A stretch of 64,000 bases of DNA from Octopus vulgaris (Eukaryota). Positions 1 to 15,120 of the stretch are shown piece after piece. A program made the position numbers and the translations under genes. Positions within the stretch are counted from its first letter, which is position 1. Every line of letters begins with the position of its first letter. Under the pieces are notes generated by a model. The model was not told the origin of the DNA, ran no database searches, and saw only the letters and a program-made list of their open reading frames with translations. Where the stretch lies: the NCBI GenBank assembly GCA_951406725.2, contig OX597826.1, forward strand, positions 69,006,001-69,070,000, written 5' to 3'.

Positions 1-19
1 ATAAATAGTAATATAAATA

Positions 20-20
<1 letters not shown>

Positions 21-97
<77 letters not shown>

Positions 98-147
98 ATA
101 TATACATATTTATATCTACATACTTACATATATACTTAGATACATAC

Positions 148-222
<75 letters not shown>
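21..222. repeat. Compound (TA)n/(TG)n microsatellite
   Basis: Visible dinucleotide runs; source of the spurious VC/YI ORFs. Confidence 0.95.
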
Positions 223-224
<2 letters not shown>

Positions 225-320
225 GCTGCATTTAAATTGATGTAATGATTGCGTTGTTCAATTATATGAAGCCTCTTGAAACAGTCGTACTGCTTCACTA
301 CTCTACAACCTGTGTGTGTG

Positions 321-380
<60 letters not shown>

Positions 381-699
381 TGTATGTGTGTATTCATATA
401 GGTGCGTGTATGTCTCTGTATGTAAATGTATGCATGTGTCTGTATTCCTGTATGTATCTATGTATGTATGAATGAATGTACGTATATATATATATATATA
501 TATATGTATTCGGATATATTATGTGTTCTCTATCCGTGGATGTGTCTTGCTGTTATACCTTACAATATGTATATGCATACCCATAGATACACACACTCAT
601 ATACACATATATAATTATATATTTTAAAAGCCAAAAGCAATGCAATTTATAAAAATGAACCAGGCTGATAGCTTTATCTATTATTTCGATATTTCCTGT

Positions 700-1430
700 T
701 GAAGACCACGTACTCAAGAAATCTCTGAAGAAAAGTTGGTACTCATTAACTTCTCTCCTTTGTGGGAGTATTTCATATGCATCCTCATAACAAACAGTTG
801 GCTGTCTGCGACTATTTTTTGTTATCAATGTATGCTGTCTATTTCTTTAATTAGAAGCGCTTCTTTAATTCACAGGTTTCCTATATTCCTTTCTATGGCT
901 TCAATGGAAACATTGTCTGTGTTGGATGCTGCATTTCTATAGATGTTTATTTATTTATTTATTTATTTATTTATTTTGGCGGAAGATACCCTTAGCACAG
1001 AAGCGTAATGTAATGCTTATGTCTAATTTGCTGGTAGTATTTCCGAGGTAGTATTCGTTGTATTAGCTGCACGTGATTCTATACCTAACGAAATAATTCA
1101 GACAACTATTTTCGCTTTTTGTATGGATTAAGAACTCATTTGTGTTAATGCTTCTTCCATCAGTAAACATCTTCCGAAATTCCACAAACAAGGCATCCAG
1201 ACTTTCATTGAACTAATAGAAAGAAACACAGGAAAATTGAGTATAAAAGTTCTTTTTATTGAGAAATATACACGACGCATTAAGAACACGGCAGAGTTTC
1301 ATGCAGAAAATTGGTTACTATAGCGACAGATATGAAATACACAGACGCTAAAGGATAAAGAAGTTAGCGAATACTATTTTTTTCTCCAAAGATTTCCTGA
1401 CGAGGCGTTCCTTACCATGAAATATTAATA
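700..1430. mobile_element. Two divergent degenerate Penelope-like (GIY-YIG C-terminal) fragments
   Basis: Plus 1130-1295 translates ..SSISKHL..TFIELIERNTGKLSIKVLFIEK; minus ~830-930 translates VSIEAIERNIGNL*IKEALLIKE. The two resemble each other and the GIY-YIG ..EAL.I....N tail. A CTGACGA..TGAAA relic follows at 1397-1422. Confidence 0.35.
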
Positions 1431-2160
1431 TATCAAGTAAAGCTATCAACTTGTTATATTTTTATAAATTGCGTTGTTTTAGAGTTTAAAATATATAATT
1501 ATAAGTATTTATATATAATGAGACTATGCTTCGTGAAAACTATGCTGTTCTTATTTATACAAGCATGTATGAGTGTTTATGTTTGTGTATGTGTGTGTGT
1601 GTGTCTGGTGCGTGTGTGTATGTATATATATAAACTCATACTGACACATATATATATATATTTATCAAAGTCTGTATGCGTCATTATGCGAAATATTATA
1701 TAAGACACTATACATATACATTTACGCATATATATACGTATATATTTACGTGTGTATGCAATATATACTATATACTGCTCATAAGTTTTCGCAATTTATC
1801 TTGTGAAATATTTAGATAACATATTTATATTAATAATGATCTAACATTAAGTATATTATGAAGTCTGTAACATCTGACCGTCTGTTTGTAGACATAAAAC
1901 TGCGTCGAGTCCTTCGTCTTGTTAAACATCAGGTGTTTATTAAAACGAATAATAATGTATAACCAAAATGACCTCTGTTGTGTATGTGTGTAAATACATA
2001 TGTGCTTGTGTAACCACTTGTCTAGTATTCAACATAAGTATTTGTGTTTTCAGCATCACTAGCTGGCCAAACCCACTGTTTTGCCGGGTAGATTTCTGTC
2101 ATTAAATAACTGCAATTTTTTTTCTAATTTCCTCTCTAATAATCTTAAATTTTATCGGTT

Positions 2161-2361
2161 ACTCTTTTTCTCTTTTACTTGTTTCAGTCATTTGACTGTG
2201 GCCGTGCTGGAGTACCATCTTTAGTCGAGCAAATCGACCCCAGGACTTATTCTTTGTAAGCCTAGTACTTATTCTATCGGTCTTTTTTGCCGAACCGCTA
2301 AGTTACGGGGACCTAAACACAGCAGCATCGGTTGTCAAGCGATATTGGGGGACAAACACAG

Positions 2362-2400
<39 letters not shown>

Positions 2401-2573
2401 CATATATATATGACGGGCTTCTTTCAGCTTCCGTCTACCAAATCCACTCACAAGGCTTTGGTCGGCCCGAGGTAATATTAGAAGACACTTGCGCAAGGTG
2501 CCACGCAGTGGGACTGAACGCGGAACCATGGGGTTCGTAAGCAAGCTACTTACCACACAGCCACTCATACGCC
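2161..2573 (-). mobile_element. SINE family A (tRNA-derived head, CORE-like body, internal (TA)n(TG)n, GTAAAAGA tail), full length
   Basis: Reverse complement of the copies at 24673 and 28155. Confidence 0.9.
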
Positions 2574-3452
2574 TATTTTATGTATTTCTCTTAAAAGCCC
2601 CACACGTAGAAACGGGTGCATAAATGATTTTAACTATAAACGATTCTCAAGAATTTTCAAACGATATAGAATTTTGTCGTGAACTTGTACTGCCATTTCA
2701 ATTTGATTCAAGTCACTTGCTTCACTCTAGTGCTAACTTTTAGCCCTCTATTAAATGTAATCCGAAAACCTTACAGAAGAAAACCCCGAACATGGTATTT
2801 GCAGATCACGAAGCCAATTTTGCTAACAACAAGATTTATCAACCCAAGGAAATTGCTGTTGAAAAAAAAAATCGCCAAGCCCTTTATCGAGGAGATAACT
2901 CCTTGAATTACGACATCTTATTTGGTCCTTTGGAGCAATTCCAATATCGATTATTAGCGAGGTTTAAATCCACGCTCACAGATAGAGGAAAACTACAAAT
3001 TTGATATACAAAATTTTTACCCATCAATTTCCGAAGTCCTATGAATGTATTAGTTACATTTCGCAGACACCTTTTCAGCTTTCACTTTCTGAAATTTCTA
3101 TAATTCTGCCCGTTAAGGAAAATATAGTCTATCATGCAAATGTGTAGCTAGCGAAACGCTCTAGCTATCTGTTTAACGTTAACATAGGAGCCAAGAATTG
3201 GCCATAAATAATGTTGGTGCTATATTTCCTTCCCCGTTTGCACACGTAGTTATCACATGTTATCAGCGGCTTATATAGAGATAATGGCCTTCGCATGCTT
3301 ACAAACATAAATAAACATCAGATACAACAATGATTTAGACATTTTTTCTGAATTTATCTTTAAAGTTAAAACTAAGATAGTAAATTAAGGTTGTGCATTG
3401 TTCAACGTAGAAGATCGATATTTTCCATGTAAATAGAAGCATGCACTATGTT

Positions 3453-3504
<52 letters not shown>

Positions 3505-3796
3505 CTACATTTGTCCTAATTATCTTCTTTGCGCTAAGTTTTAAAATATTCTGACGAAGCTACATTTAATAACACATCGGAATATAATTCGATATAATTT
3601 CATAATGATTTCGATGAAAATAATTAGATACATTAAAACGTTTTCTCAAAAACTCATACAAAATCAGAAATTCGAATAAGGAATACCGCCCCATATAACC
3701 CTTCTTTTTAAAAGCTCTGTGACCCAGATTTTATTTAAACCGTTTCTAAATCATCTCGTCTAACCACAACTAGTGTAAAATTCTATTCATCTACTC

Positions 3797-4325
3797 TTAT
3801 TGCCGCCGCCTTAGCGAAGGCGGTGGTATTGTTTTTCAGTCACGTTTGCTTGTTTGTTTGTCCGTGGTCACGATATTTCAAGAACCGCATGATGGATTAA
3901 GATGAAACTTTCAGGGATGTTTGACTTCAACACTGGCACGAACTGATTAGATTTTGAGATCGATCTGGCACCGGACAAGGATTCTCGATTATTTGTTATA
4001 TTTACTTTACTTTACATGATTTCGACCTTACGTTAACTTTCAAGTCATTCACAACAATCTCCCTTTAGGCTATAACTACTTTGAATAGTGAATTTGTTAA
4101 CTTTGGCTTATATTAGATAAGGATAAACTATCTTTTACTGTTACTAAATTTTTCTATAGCCACCTTCACATTCCATGACTAGCATTGGGATCGATCAGGT
4201 GCCGGACAAGGATTCTGGATTATTTTTCCGTTTTTTTTTTTACTTAATTTCTGAGAGCGGTCGGGTTCCTTTTTAGTATTCTCGTTTGTGAGAGCAGTCG
4301 AGTTTATTTAAGATATTCTCAATTT
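3797..4325 (+). mobile_element. Helentron/HINE-like non-autonomous element (degenerate)
   Basis: TTATTGCCGCCGCC..GGCGG sub-terminal hairpin, then a GTTT/GTCC repeat and GATGAAACTT. GATCGATC..CCGGACAAGGATTCT is repeated at ~3958 and ~4189. Confidence 0.5.
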
Positions 4326-5248
4326 AATTTGACTATATTTTCTTGCAAAGTGAATCACAGTTGAATATAGTATCTTGCAAATGAATCTCTATAGGCTGCT
4401 AGATTTAACTAATACGGAAGTAAATTCCATATATTCATGACAAGAAGCCTTTAGAGAATATTCGCCACAAACAGAAGGTACACTTTCCATAACCTTATAC
4501 GAACATTGTGAAATGCAGTAAAACTAAATAAGCACGACAGTATTTCATTAGATCTCATTAATTACTTTCCAGTACATAATATTTACTCTAGTTCTGTTTA
4601 CTAGTCACAACATAAGCTGCAGCTGTCTACTAAACTATTCCAGCATTATTAACGAACACAAATCAAAGTCATATTCTATTAGTACTGTATGTAAACACCG
4701 TATTATAATGTCACCCAACTAAAAATATATGTTCAAAGAACGAAAAAATTCTAATATATTATGCAAAGACTAAAGTCGAATCATGAACAGCTGCATAAGC
4801 CTCTCATAACATAATTTTAAAAGAAAGGTACGCCAGCACAACATCATGTTCTGACAATGCTCTGCACAAACAAACAAAAACCGCACATTTTGAGATTTAT
4901 ATAGCAAACATAACATCAACAAAATAATCGTTTGTTTTATTTCATTTAATAATAATGTTTCCTTTAGATATACAAGCTGAATGTCTTTAGACTAATATAA
5001 TATATTAATTAACAAATTGATCGTTGACAAATGGTATTTATATTAAAATTTAAGCAATTTATATTAAAGAGTAACATTATATAATTCATCATTCTATCCT
5101 GACAAAACAGCTGATGTTTGACGATTTACGAAAACCAATAATCTGAATAAACTGTCTTGTGAAAACTTCTAAATAGATTTACTGATATACCAGAAGGAAA
5201 CGTGAACTAATTAGTTAAGGACATTCAGCGAAGATAGTTTTGACAATG

Positions 5249-5295
<47 letters not shown>

Positions 5296-5600
5296 TGTGT
5301 GTCGGTCTGTCTGTCTGTGTATACATGCATACACACACACACGTTTATATATATATATAGTAAATCATCTTAAGAGATCGTCAACGTATAGGTTTGAACG
5401 AGTTTGCGAATGTATCTTCGTGAGTGTTTAAATGGTTGTATTTTTAGGTATGTATGTGTATATACACATTCATACTGTCAGCTGCACTTTAACTAAATCA
5501 TCCCTCAATATATTTCAGTATGTTTCATAGTGTTCACATAAGGTAAGTCATGGCAGTAAAATCATGTCTTCGTCTCAGTTTCACACAACGAATTCAATGA

Positions 5601-5820
<220 letters not shown>

Positions 5821-6279
5821 AGTGTAATTAAATATAAAAAAAACAACTCTCGGGAACAATAATGTCTGATTGAGACGCAAGGTTGTAGATTTTTTCGTAT
5901 CGAAGAGCGATAAGCTGAAAAGAAGAAGCTCTTTATGTTCCACGTTACGCGACCAGGGTTGCCGGGTGTGCGAATGAGAATACCAGATTTACGGAATGGA
6001 GTAGGTAAGATCCGGGCTGCATATAGCGGGTGGAATCTCAGAATTGGTCGAAATCTAAGCGAGGTGTATACCGCCGGCTACTCTTCAGGCCAAGGGTATC
6101 GTGATTAAAGTAAAGGTTACATTTCAGTCACGTTTGTTTGTTTGTCTGTGTTGATGTATGGAAGATTCTGACTGAACAAACGAAAGACAGCACCACAGGC
6201 AGGTGTAGGATTTAATTGGTATTCTGTGTATCTAATTATAATTTGATTTAGTCCTACATAAAATTTAATGATAAATGTT

Positions 6280-6518
6280 GTCAGAATTTCGATTTTCAGA
6301 CTGAGGCGAGATCTTGATTCTTCTAATGCGTCAAACGTATAAAGAAAAGTTGATGGCATTAAATATTTATAATACCCTCCTGAACTACTCAATGGAGACT
6401 AAATACTTTCCTCTAGAAGCTATTTTGCATTACTTTTAAATTCTTTTTCTTCTGTCTCCGAACATCTGATGATGTGGACGTGTTGTGCGCTCATGAAATT
6501 TAAAGTATAGTTGAGATA
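6280..6518 (+). mobile_element. Penelope-like 3' relic with degenerate hammerhead
   Basis: Frameshifted (EI)LDSSN..RK..(AL)NI..PELLNGD resembles a GIY-YIG end; followed by CTGATGA..GAAATTTAAAGTA at 6466-6507. Confidence 0.4.
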
Positions 6519-6532
6519 TACCTACCTGTTAA

Positions 6533-6647
6533 TATACATACATACACACATACATACATACATACATACATACATACATACATACATACATACACACATA
6601 CATACATATATACATACTTACATACATACATACATACAAATATACAT

Positions 6648-6680
<33 letters not shown>

Positions 6681-6922
6681 TATATACATACTTATATACA
6701 TACATACATACATACATACATGCATGCATACATGCATACACACACATACATACATACATACTTACATACATATATACATACATACATACATGCATACACA
6801 CATACATACATATATACATACATACATGCATACATACATGCATACATACATACATACATACATACATACATACATACATACATACATACATACATACATA
6901 CATACATGCATACATACATACA
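6533..6922. repeat. (CATA)n tetranucleotide microsatellite
   Basis: Direct observation. Confidence 0.95.
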
Positions 6923-7168
6923 TTTACCATGTTGAGTCACAAGATTTCGGTTTGTCACGGATGATATTTGGTAATTTGTATCTCAATGTTATCTCCTTAA
7001 TTTCACACAAATTGTTGTCCAATCGTTGCTGATTTTTTTCTTTATTTTCATATATAACATATGTTTTAATTGTAATATAACATTTGTTTTAATTGTAATT
7101 AGATCCAATTAGATATTATGCAGAATGTGACCACCTCATATATGTACACACAGACACACACACACACA

Positions 7169-7235
<67 letters not shown>

Positions 7236-7615
7236 CATCAAGTACGGGACATTACCAACGAGTGAAAAATTCGTTTGTTTGTTCGAAGCTCTACCCCTCC
7301 ACAAGCTTTATACTTCTTAAATTTCTGGATGCTGGTGGATGCCGAAACTTTCCTATCTTGTCGTTGAAAGCTCGAAATAGGGGGTAACAGTCGACAACTG
7401 AGGAGGGGGTTTGACTTCGTTTGGTATTTTGTCCCGCACTTGTCTCTCGTTATGTGTAAACGTATTTTTCACTCGTTGGAGATATTCTGTTCTTATTGTA
7501 TATTTGTTGGTATTCTGTCCTGTATTTATCTCTCGTGTGTCTACATAATTTTCGATCGTTGGTGATGTCATGCACTTGATGTTTTATATATTCATTTCTT
7601 TATAATCGAACGCTA

Positions 7616-7781
7616 GGCATCCGGTAAGTAGCTTACTTCCCAACCACATGGTTCCGGCTTCAGTCCCACTGCCTGGCACCTTGGGCAAATGTCTTCTACT
7701 ATAGCCTCGGGTAGACCAAAGCCTTGTGAGTGGATTTGGTAGACGGAAACTGAAAGAAACTCATCGTATATGTGTATGTGC

Positions 7782-7839
<58 letters not shown>

Positions 7840-8066
7840 TTGTGTGTAAATGTTTCTGTGTTTGTCCTCCCCCCCTCCCCAATATCACTTGACAAGCGAT
7901 GCTGGTGTGTTTATATCCCCGTAGCTTAGTGGTTCGGCAAAAGAGACCGATAGAATAAGTAGTAGGCTTACAAAGAATAAGCCCTGGGGTCGATTTGCTC
8001 GACTAAAAGGTGGTGCTCCAGGATGGCCGCAGTCAAACTACTGAAACAAGTAAAAGGGTAAAAGTG
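7616..8066 (+). mobile_element. SINE family A, near full length
   Basis: Aligns by eye with the other family A copies. Confidence 0.9.
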
Positions 8067-8089
8067 TATCTATCTATATCATATATATT

Positions 8090-8161
<72 letters not shown>

Positions 8162-8499
8162 AAAGAGAAAGAGTGATATTTACATACATACAAGCTTACA
8201 AACATAAAAAAATAAGTGTGTGTAATTTAGCGGTAAGTTGTTAATGGTGAAATAATTTTCAGATTTAGTATTTGCAGCGACTTTCAGTCTATTGATTCTG
8301 TAATTGTCTCTTAAGATTGAGCACTATTTTTACAGCATCATATATTTATGTGTGTGCGTGTACTTTTTATTTTGAACAGCGAAATAATTCTCTTAGAGTA
8401 CAGCATGCAATTAATTTCTTCGTGACATTACGTTTTATTGAATGTTGTCTTATATTTGTAGATCATGCATATATTATTTTTATATGATTTCGATTAAGT

Positions 8500-8765
8500 C
8501 TCGCAATGAAAAACAAAGTAATCAGACTCATTACGCTCCAAGTGCTGTTTCACACATTTTTGAATTTCTCTGAAAGAACTTGAAGCTCTTCGGATATCTT
8601 TATTCTGTATCTCTCTGGTGTACAATGCTTTATAATGCTGTCTAATCCCGGGTCTTTGAATATTTATTTGAGATAATGTGATAGAGGGCACGATTATTTT
8701 GACTGTGTATTTTCAATCTTGTATAGATATTTCTGAGGTAAAGTCTCCTCCAGCGTAGAAGAATA
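8500..8765 (-). mobile_element. Penelope-like GIY-YIG endonuclease relic
   Basis: Frameshifted minus translation FY.G(G)ET..RNIYTRLKIH resembles the YIGET..R...H motif. Confidence 0.35.
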
Positions 8766-8992
8766 AGAAGCTTCGGTTTGTGTTTATCGCCGTAATTAGT
8801 TTATTCAGCTCAAATTTTAATTGGTTAGTATTATCTTACTGAATCCTTATGAATTTATTTTTGTTGTTAAGTAAATTGCAGATTCTTCCCGTATGTTCGT
8901 CTTTATACATGATTGCAATTGTATAACTTCCTTCCACTCCTGTCTGCTTCTCTTTCTTTCTCTCTGTTTCTCTATGCCTATGTCCCCCTCCT

Positions 8993-9038
<46 letters not shown>

Positions 9039-11071
9039 TATATATATATATATAGTGCATTCAAAGCAATGAATAGTTGTATTCAAAGCAATGAATAGTT
9101 GTATTTAAAGCAATGATTAATAGCTTACGAAACCGGTATGCTTGAATCTCTTTAACAATTCACAACAATGACTTTTATTACTTTTATTCCTACCTCAGTA
9201 CATGTAATTGTATATATCTTTCGTTACTTTTCATAAAAAGCTTTTACTTTCTTAGATTTACAATGTGCATTTTCTTACTTTCCCCGAACATTACCACTTG
9301 TACTATCTATTTCCTTTTTGTAACATATGCCTATTATACATACACTATACATATATCTTTTATTAAACTTTTAATACTTTTGATATATATTTAAAATAAT
9401 ATAAATTAATTAATTTTATGTATTGGCTTATGTTTTTCATTATTTGATTTGCCTAATAGTGGTTTTTATCTCTAATTTAATATAATATAATATATTTTAC
9501 TATAAAATTGGATTTAATCCTAAATCTGATTTTTCCCTGTAAGTTTGGATTTATTCCCTAATATTTTATAATTAACATATATATATCGGTCTCTAAGTTA
9601 TAATATTGTTTTTGTTTTGTTGTTGCTTTTTTAAATCCCGCAGCGTTTTTAGACTGTTATGTTGGAGTATACTCTGTATAAATTCACCTCGGACTAGAAA
9701 TCTGTTGTCTATTTACAAGAAACTAGGATAATACCATAAGGAAGCAGAATATTATACTTCTCTCGGATAAATCATTTACAAATTTGACAAAAGATCGAAA
9801 GTAGTGAATTTTACAAGGCAGTTATTATTCATCGGGAAAATATTCAATTACTAATTGGCTAAAATAGTTTATTTCCAAATTAGGGATTTACTACAATCTG
9901 AAACATGGCCATATGAAAAAAAAAACCATGCACATTCAGTTAATCGTAAACACGAAAACGTCTTTAAAATAAGAACACTGCTCCTTTTTGTGTGTTTTGA
10001 ACATAACGAATATTGGGAAATATTACGCGTTATACATGCAAATGTATAACTGTATTAAGTGTTCTTCACATGATAATGCATTACATATAAATGTAATACA
10101 TTTCTTTACTGTTTCTCGAACAACCAATGATGTTTTGAGGACTAATTAATTGTTAGTGTATTTATAAATATTTTTCCTTACATATTATCACGCTGCTTCC
10201 ATTCATTAATCAGCTCAATAAAAAATAACATGAAACTCAGCGTTACAATTCGAGAAATTTCAGTTTGTGATAAAATATACGCATTCTACTAAGTTAAAAA
10301 GAAAGTCTAGTTCTATCCTAAGATGACTGCTTTGCGTATAATTTTTATTACCATAAATTAAGCATTAATTTCTGCAGTATACCTTTTGTCATTCTGTGCA
10401 AATTACTTAAAATCATAGTGGTAAAATTCCCACGCATTTTACTCTTTTAAGATCAGTTTAAATCAGGCCCATATCAGCCTTTCTGGCTCTATGACTGCGA
10501 GTGTGGCTCTTTAGCTATGGAAGCGGCAAGAAATATTCTGGTCATGTCAACGATGGCTCGGGAAATTTGTCTCCAACATATTTCCCTCGATCTGGAAAAC
10601 CAAGTTCTTTCGATTTTAATTTTTTAATTCTTAAAATTATTTCAGCTTTAATGTTAGGGTCATGCTGCGGCAGGGGCATCTTAAAATAGTAGCAGAGGAA
10701 ATTCTAAAACTAACTTGAGAAACAGTAAAACCTTTCATGTCATATTTCGATCATAAAATGTCATCATAAATAAGGAAAATAATGAATGTCTTGGTTAGTG
10801 TGTTTCTCTTCATCTGATTACTTCTTTCCATAATCAAAGCATCAGTCTCTGCTAACCATTGAAGTGTAGACTTGCTTCCGATCACTTTCCTGAGCAGAAT
10901 GATCACAACAAATTGGAAGTGTGTTCTCTGTAATCATTTCCAATGAAAACGAAATAAAGCACTACGGAAAGGAAGAATTCCTTTCCCAAACAGAACAACA
11001 ATGGACAAAAATGTTTGGTGAGATATAAAGGGTGACAGTGACATCTACTAATAACTAAAAGAAGTATAATA

Positions 11072-11574
<503 letters not shown>

Positions 11575-11579
11575 TAATG

Positions 11580-12046
11580 CGGGTAAATATTGTCGGCGGT
11601 CGGAATCCTTGTACAAAATATTGCAGAAAAGACGCCCGTCATTGGTCAGTCATAAAAGTGTGTTGCTCCTACGGAATAACCAAAAGCACGTATTGTCCAA
11701 TTCACTTAGGAAAGGATTATTTCCTTAAATATGGAAATGTTACTTCATCATTGTTACTGTTTTAGCATTGCTCCTTATCACATTCATCTTTTCAAGCAAT
11801 TGCGACGTAATTTAGAAGAAAAACCGTTCCTTAATTGTGAAAAGGTTAAAGCGATATTGCGTGTCTCTTCGATAGGAAACCTGAGAAATTTTACACCCGA
11901 TGTATCGACATTATGCCAAATGGATGGGATTATATCACCAATAATGAGACAAATATTGTCTTAATTTAATATATCAATTAAGACAAAACAAGTATTTGTT
12001 TATTTCCCATCTTGAAATATGACAGGACGTTCTTTACCACTTAATA
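11580..12046 (+). mobile_element. Mariner transposase 3' fragment (pseudogenised)
   Basis: IAPYHIHLFKQLRRNLEEKPF resembles the mariner LAPSDYHLF region; ends in a TIR-like ..TTTACCACTTAATA. Confidence 0.6.
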
Positions 12047-12496
12047 GATTTATATTAAATAATTCTCATTATGTAAATACAGGCGTTCACCAATACATTC
12101 CTTCCCCACTCGCTCCCTTTCTATATATCTTTATACACACAGACACACACACACACACATACAGACACACACCACACACAGCCATAAATGTATATACATA
12201 CGCACATACACATACACATATACACACTCATATACTTATATACTTATTTTAGAGAATCTGAAGGTCTATTTCGTTACTACAATTTCTAAATATACTCCTT
12301 AAAATGAAATAAAATCTCCTTTGTCATTCAGTTGATATATTTGATGATTTATGTTGCGTATAGGTATATATGTGTATATATGTATGCATCTGTATGCATC
12401 TGTATGTTTGCGTTTATGTATAAGTATGTATATGTGTATGTATGTACCTATCTATCTTTCTGTCTATCTATGAATATGTGCATACATACATGCAAT

Positions 12497-12546
<50 letters not shown>

Positions 12547-12634
12547 CATGCATAGGTACAAACATACATACATACATACATGCATAGGTACAAACATACA
12601 TACATACATACATACATACATACATACGTACATA

Positions 12635-13392
12635 TGTTAGTAGAAATCTCCGAGATGATAGTGACATCGATCATCAAAGCGGTTTATCATGGACCAATAG
12701 CCGGATTACTACTCGTACCTCACTCTTTGAAGGGTATGTGTTTGCAATCCAGGAACAGGAAATATCAACCAAGTACCTGATGCACAAAAGGGATAGAGAT
12801 GCAGGAAGAGCCATAAAATATGACACTCGATGCAGACTTTGTGGAGTTCACACTAAAGATATGACCCACAACCTAAGCAGTTGTCTGAAAGTGTCATCAC
12901 GGGATCATCTACCGATGAGACACGATGTTGTAGCTAGGACACTCTATGATGAAATCCGTCGAAAGGATAATCTCGAGGACAAAGAATTAAGAACCCACAA
13001 TATGGTAGAAGCCATAGCCATCTATAATAAAAATGAATACTGGTGCAATGTACCAGTGAAGATCTCAATGAGATGAAAGCACAACAGACCTGATATAATG
13101 ATTTGGGATCGAGAAGAGAAACTGTGCACAGTTGTGAAAATTAGCTGCCCAGTAGATGCTAACATAAAGCAGAAGATCAATGAAAATGAGAAAACCTATT
13201 CTTAACTATTGAGAAATCTGCAGTTACTCTCTCCAGAATAAAAGTTCAGGTTTATACGTGTAATTATTTGGACCCTGAGATATGTAACACACCACCTAAA
13301 TACCAATCTTGTGAAATTAGGCTTCTCAACACCAGAAAGAAGAAAGTTATTTCGAAGTCTAGAGATTCAATCCATCACCGGAACTGTAAAAG
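12635..13392 (+). mobile_element. R4/Dong-like non-LTR retrotransposon ORF C-terminus (CCHC knuckle + restriction-like endonuclease), degenerate
   Basis: AIQEQEI..CRLC..H..SSC..RHDVV, then HNRPDIMIWDREEK..ISCP (PD-D/E motif); contains internal stops; preceded by (CATA)n. Confidence 0.8.
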
Positions 13393-13396
13393 CAAT

Positions 13397-13530
13397 GTGA
13401 GTGGAGTTAGGCGGAAACTGAAAACACTCGTTATATGTGTGTGTGTGTGTGTATGTGCATATAAATATGTATATGGGTGTATGAGTGTCGTTGTGTCTAT
13501 CTCTCTCGAAAACCACCGCTTAACAACCGA
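13397..13530 (+). mobile_element. SINE family A, degenerate middle fragment
   Basis: GTGAGTGGA..GGAAACTGAAA..(TG)n..CGCTTAACAACCGA. Confidence 0.55.
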
Positions 13531-14523
13531 TTTAATTTCTATTAATATTATTCAAATAAAACAAATAAAATGTAGATGACAAAAGATAAAATATACGCGC
13601 GGACACACACACACACACAAACAAACTCACACACGCACATACACACGAAAACGTAAAGATGCATAAACACGCACATATATTTATATACACGCACACACAT
13701 ATAACTTATGTATATATATACGCACATTCAAATATAGGTACATATGTATATATACATATACAGGTACATATATAGGTACTTATGTATATATATAAATACA
13801 GGTGTATACGAATGTGTATGTGTGTGTGAATGTGTGTGTGTGAATGTGTGTGTGTGTGAATGTGTGTGTGTGTGTGTGTGTTCAATCGAACACTGCACTG
13901 CCTCGGTCAGCTGCACATCATTGTCTTGCCAACGCCCACTTTTACATTAATCAATACGTTGACATACCCGTAGACAATCGGTATTTGTCCAAGTTAATCA
14001 AGCACTATACGTAATTAAGAAAATGGTTTTCTGGTTTCTAGACTTTATGTGAGATAAAATGCTTCTCTGCTTGTGCGGTCGTTGAGTTCCGGTGAAGAAA
14101 GCTGCAAACCTGAGAAAATGTGAAGATGTGAAGATGTGGCGTTGAATATGAAGCATTAGATGGTTATGACATGTGTTAGCTACTGAAATCAATATTTCAT
14201 CTTGTTATGGATGTTTATAAACTGTAAACGTCACCATTAATCTGGGAGGATTTGACAGAGAAAATCACATTGGACAAATTCACACAGGCAAGTGCATACA
14301 TTCACACACACACACACACACACACGCACACACACACACACAAATATACACAGAAGCATTCAGACAAATATACACGCGTATAAATACACATAAACTCACA
14401 AATATTCATACACGTCGTTTCCTTCATATGAATTCCATATTTGGTTGTGAATACCTGTTAAGATAAAAACCACATACGAATACTTGTATGTACGTACGTA
14501 CAAGTGTGTGTGTATGTACGTAC

Positions 14524-14561
<38 letters not shown>

Positions 14562-15120
14562 ACGTACGTGCAAGTATGTGTGTGTGTGCATGTATATATT
14601 ATATAAGTACATATGTTTCAACATGTGTATGTACATATTAATATATATGTAATTGCAGTATAAATGTGTAGATCTTGGTCTATACGTGTGCACACGTATG
14701 CAAGCTATTCTGCGTTTATACGCAAGTATATGTAAATACTGCGGGCTAAATTCCTTGAATATTTTGCATATTGTTGCAATTTCATAATGGCTTGTAATTA
14801 TAACTTCGTAGCCAAGTTATTTTCGCTTTGTGAAGCCCAACCTCTCAAGACTGGTACGGAGGCAAGAAATTATCTTACCTGGAGTCTTAATAATGAAAGG
14901 TATAAATCTAATGCTCCATAGCTTTGCTGTAATTACTCGCGATTACAAATTAGTTTGATACAAATGTGTTCCTTTTAGATTTCATTTTACGCTAAACGTC
15001 GGCTGTACAAACAATTTCTTTTGGAGTGTGCATTTGGCCTTGGTCTTTGTATTGGCACTGGTTTGCCTACACCGCATTAATGTCTTAACAAAGACAGTCT
15101 TTCAAAATTCGTTTATATTA

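Noticed and set aside
2679-3004. Overlapping 70-75 aa ORFs in unique sequence
   Set aside because: No recognisable domain; splice signals no better than chance.
5850-6100. Possible LINE RT C-terminal fragment
   Set aside because: Only a vague KKL.MFHVTR resemblance; too weak to call.
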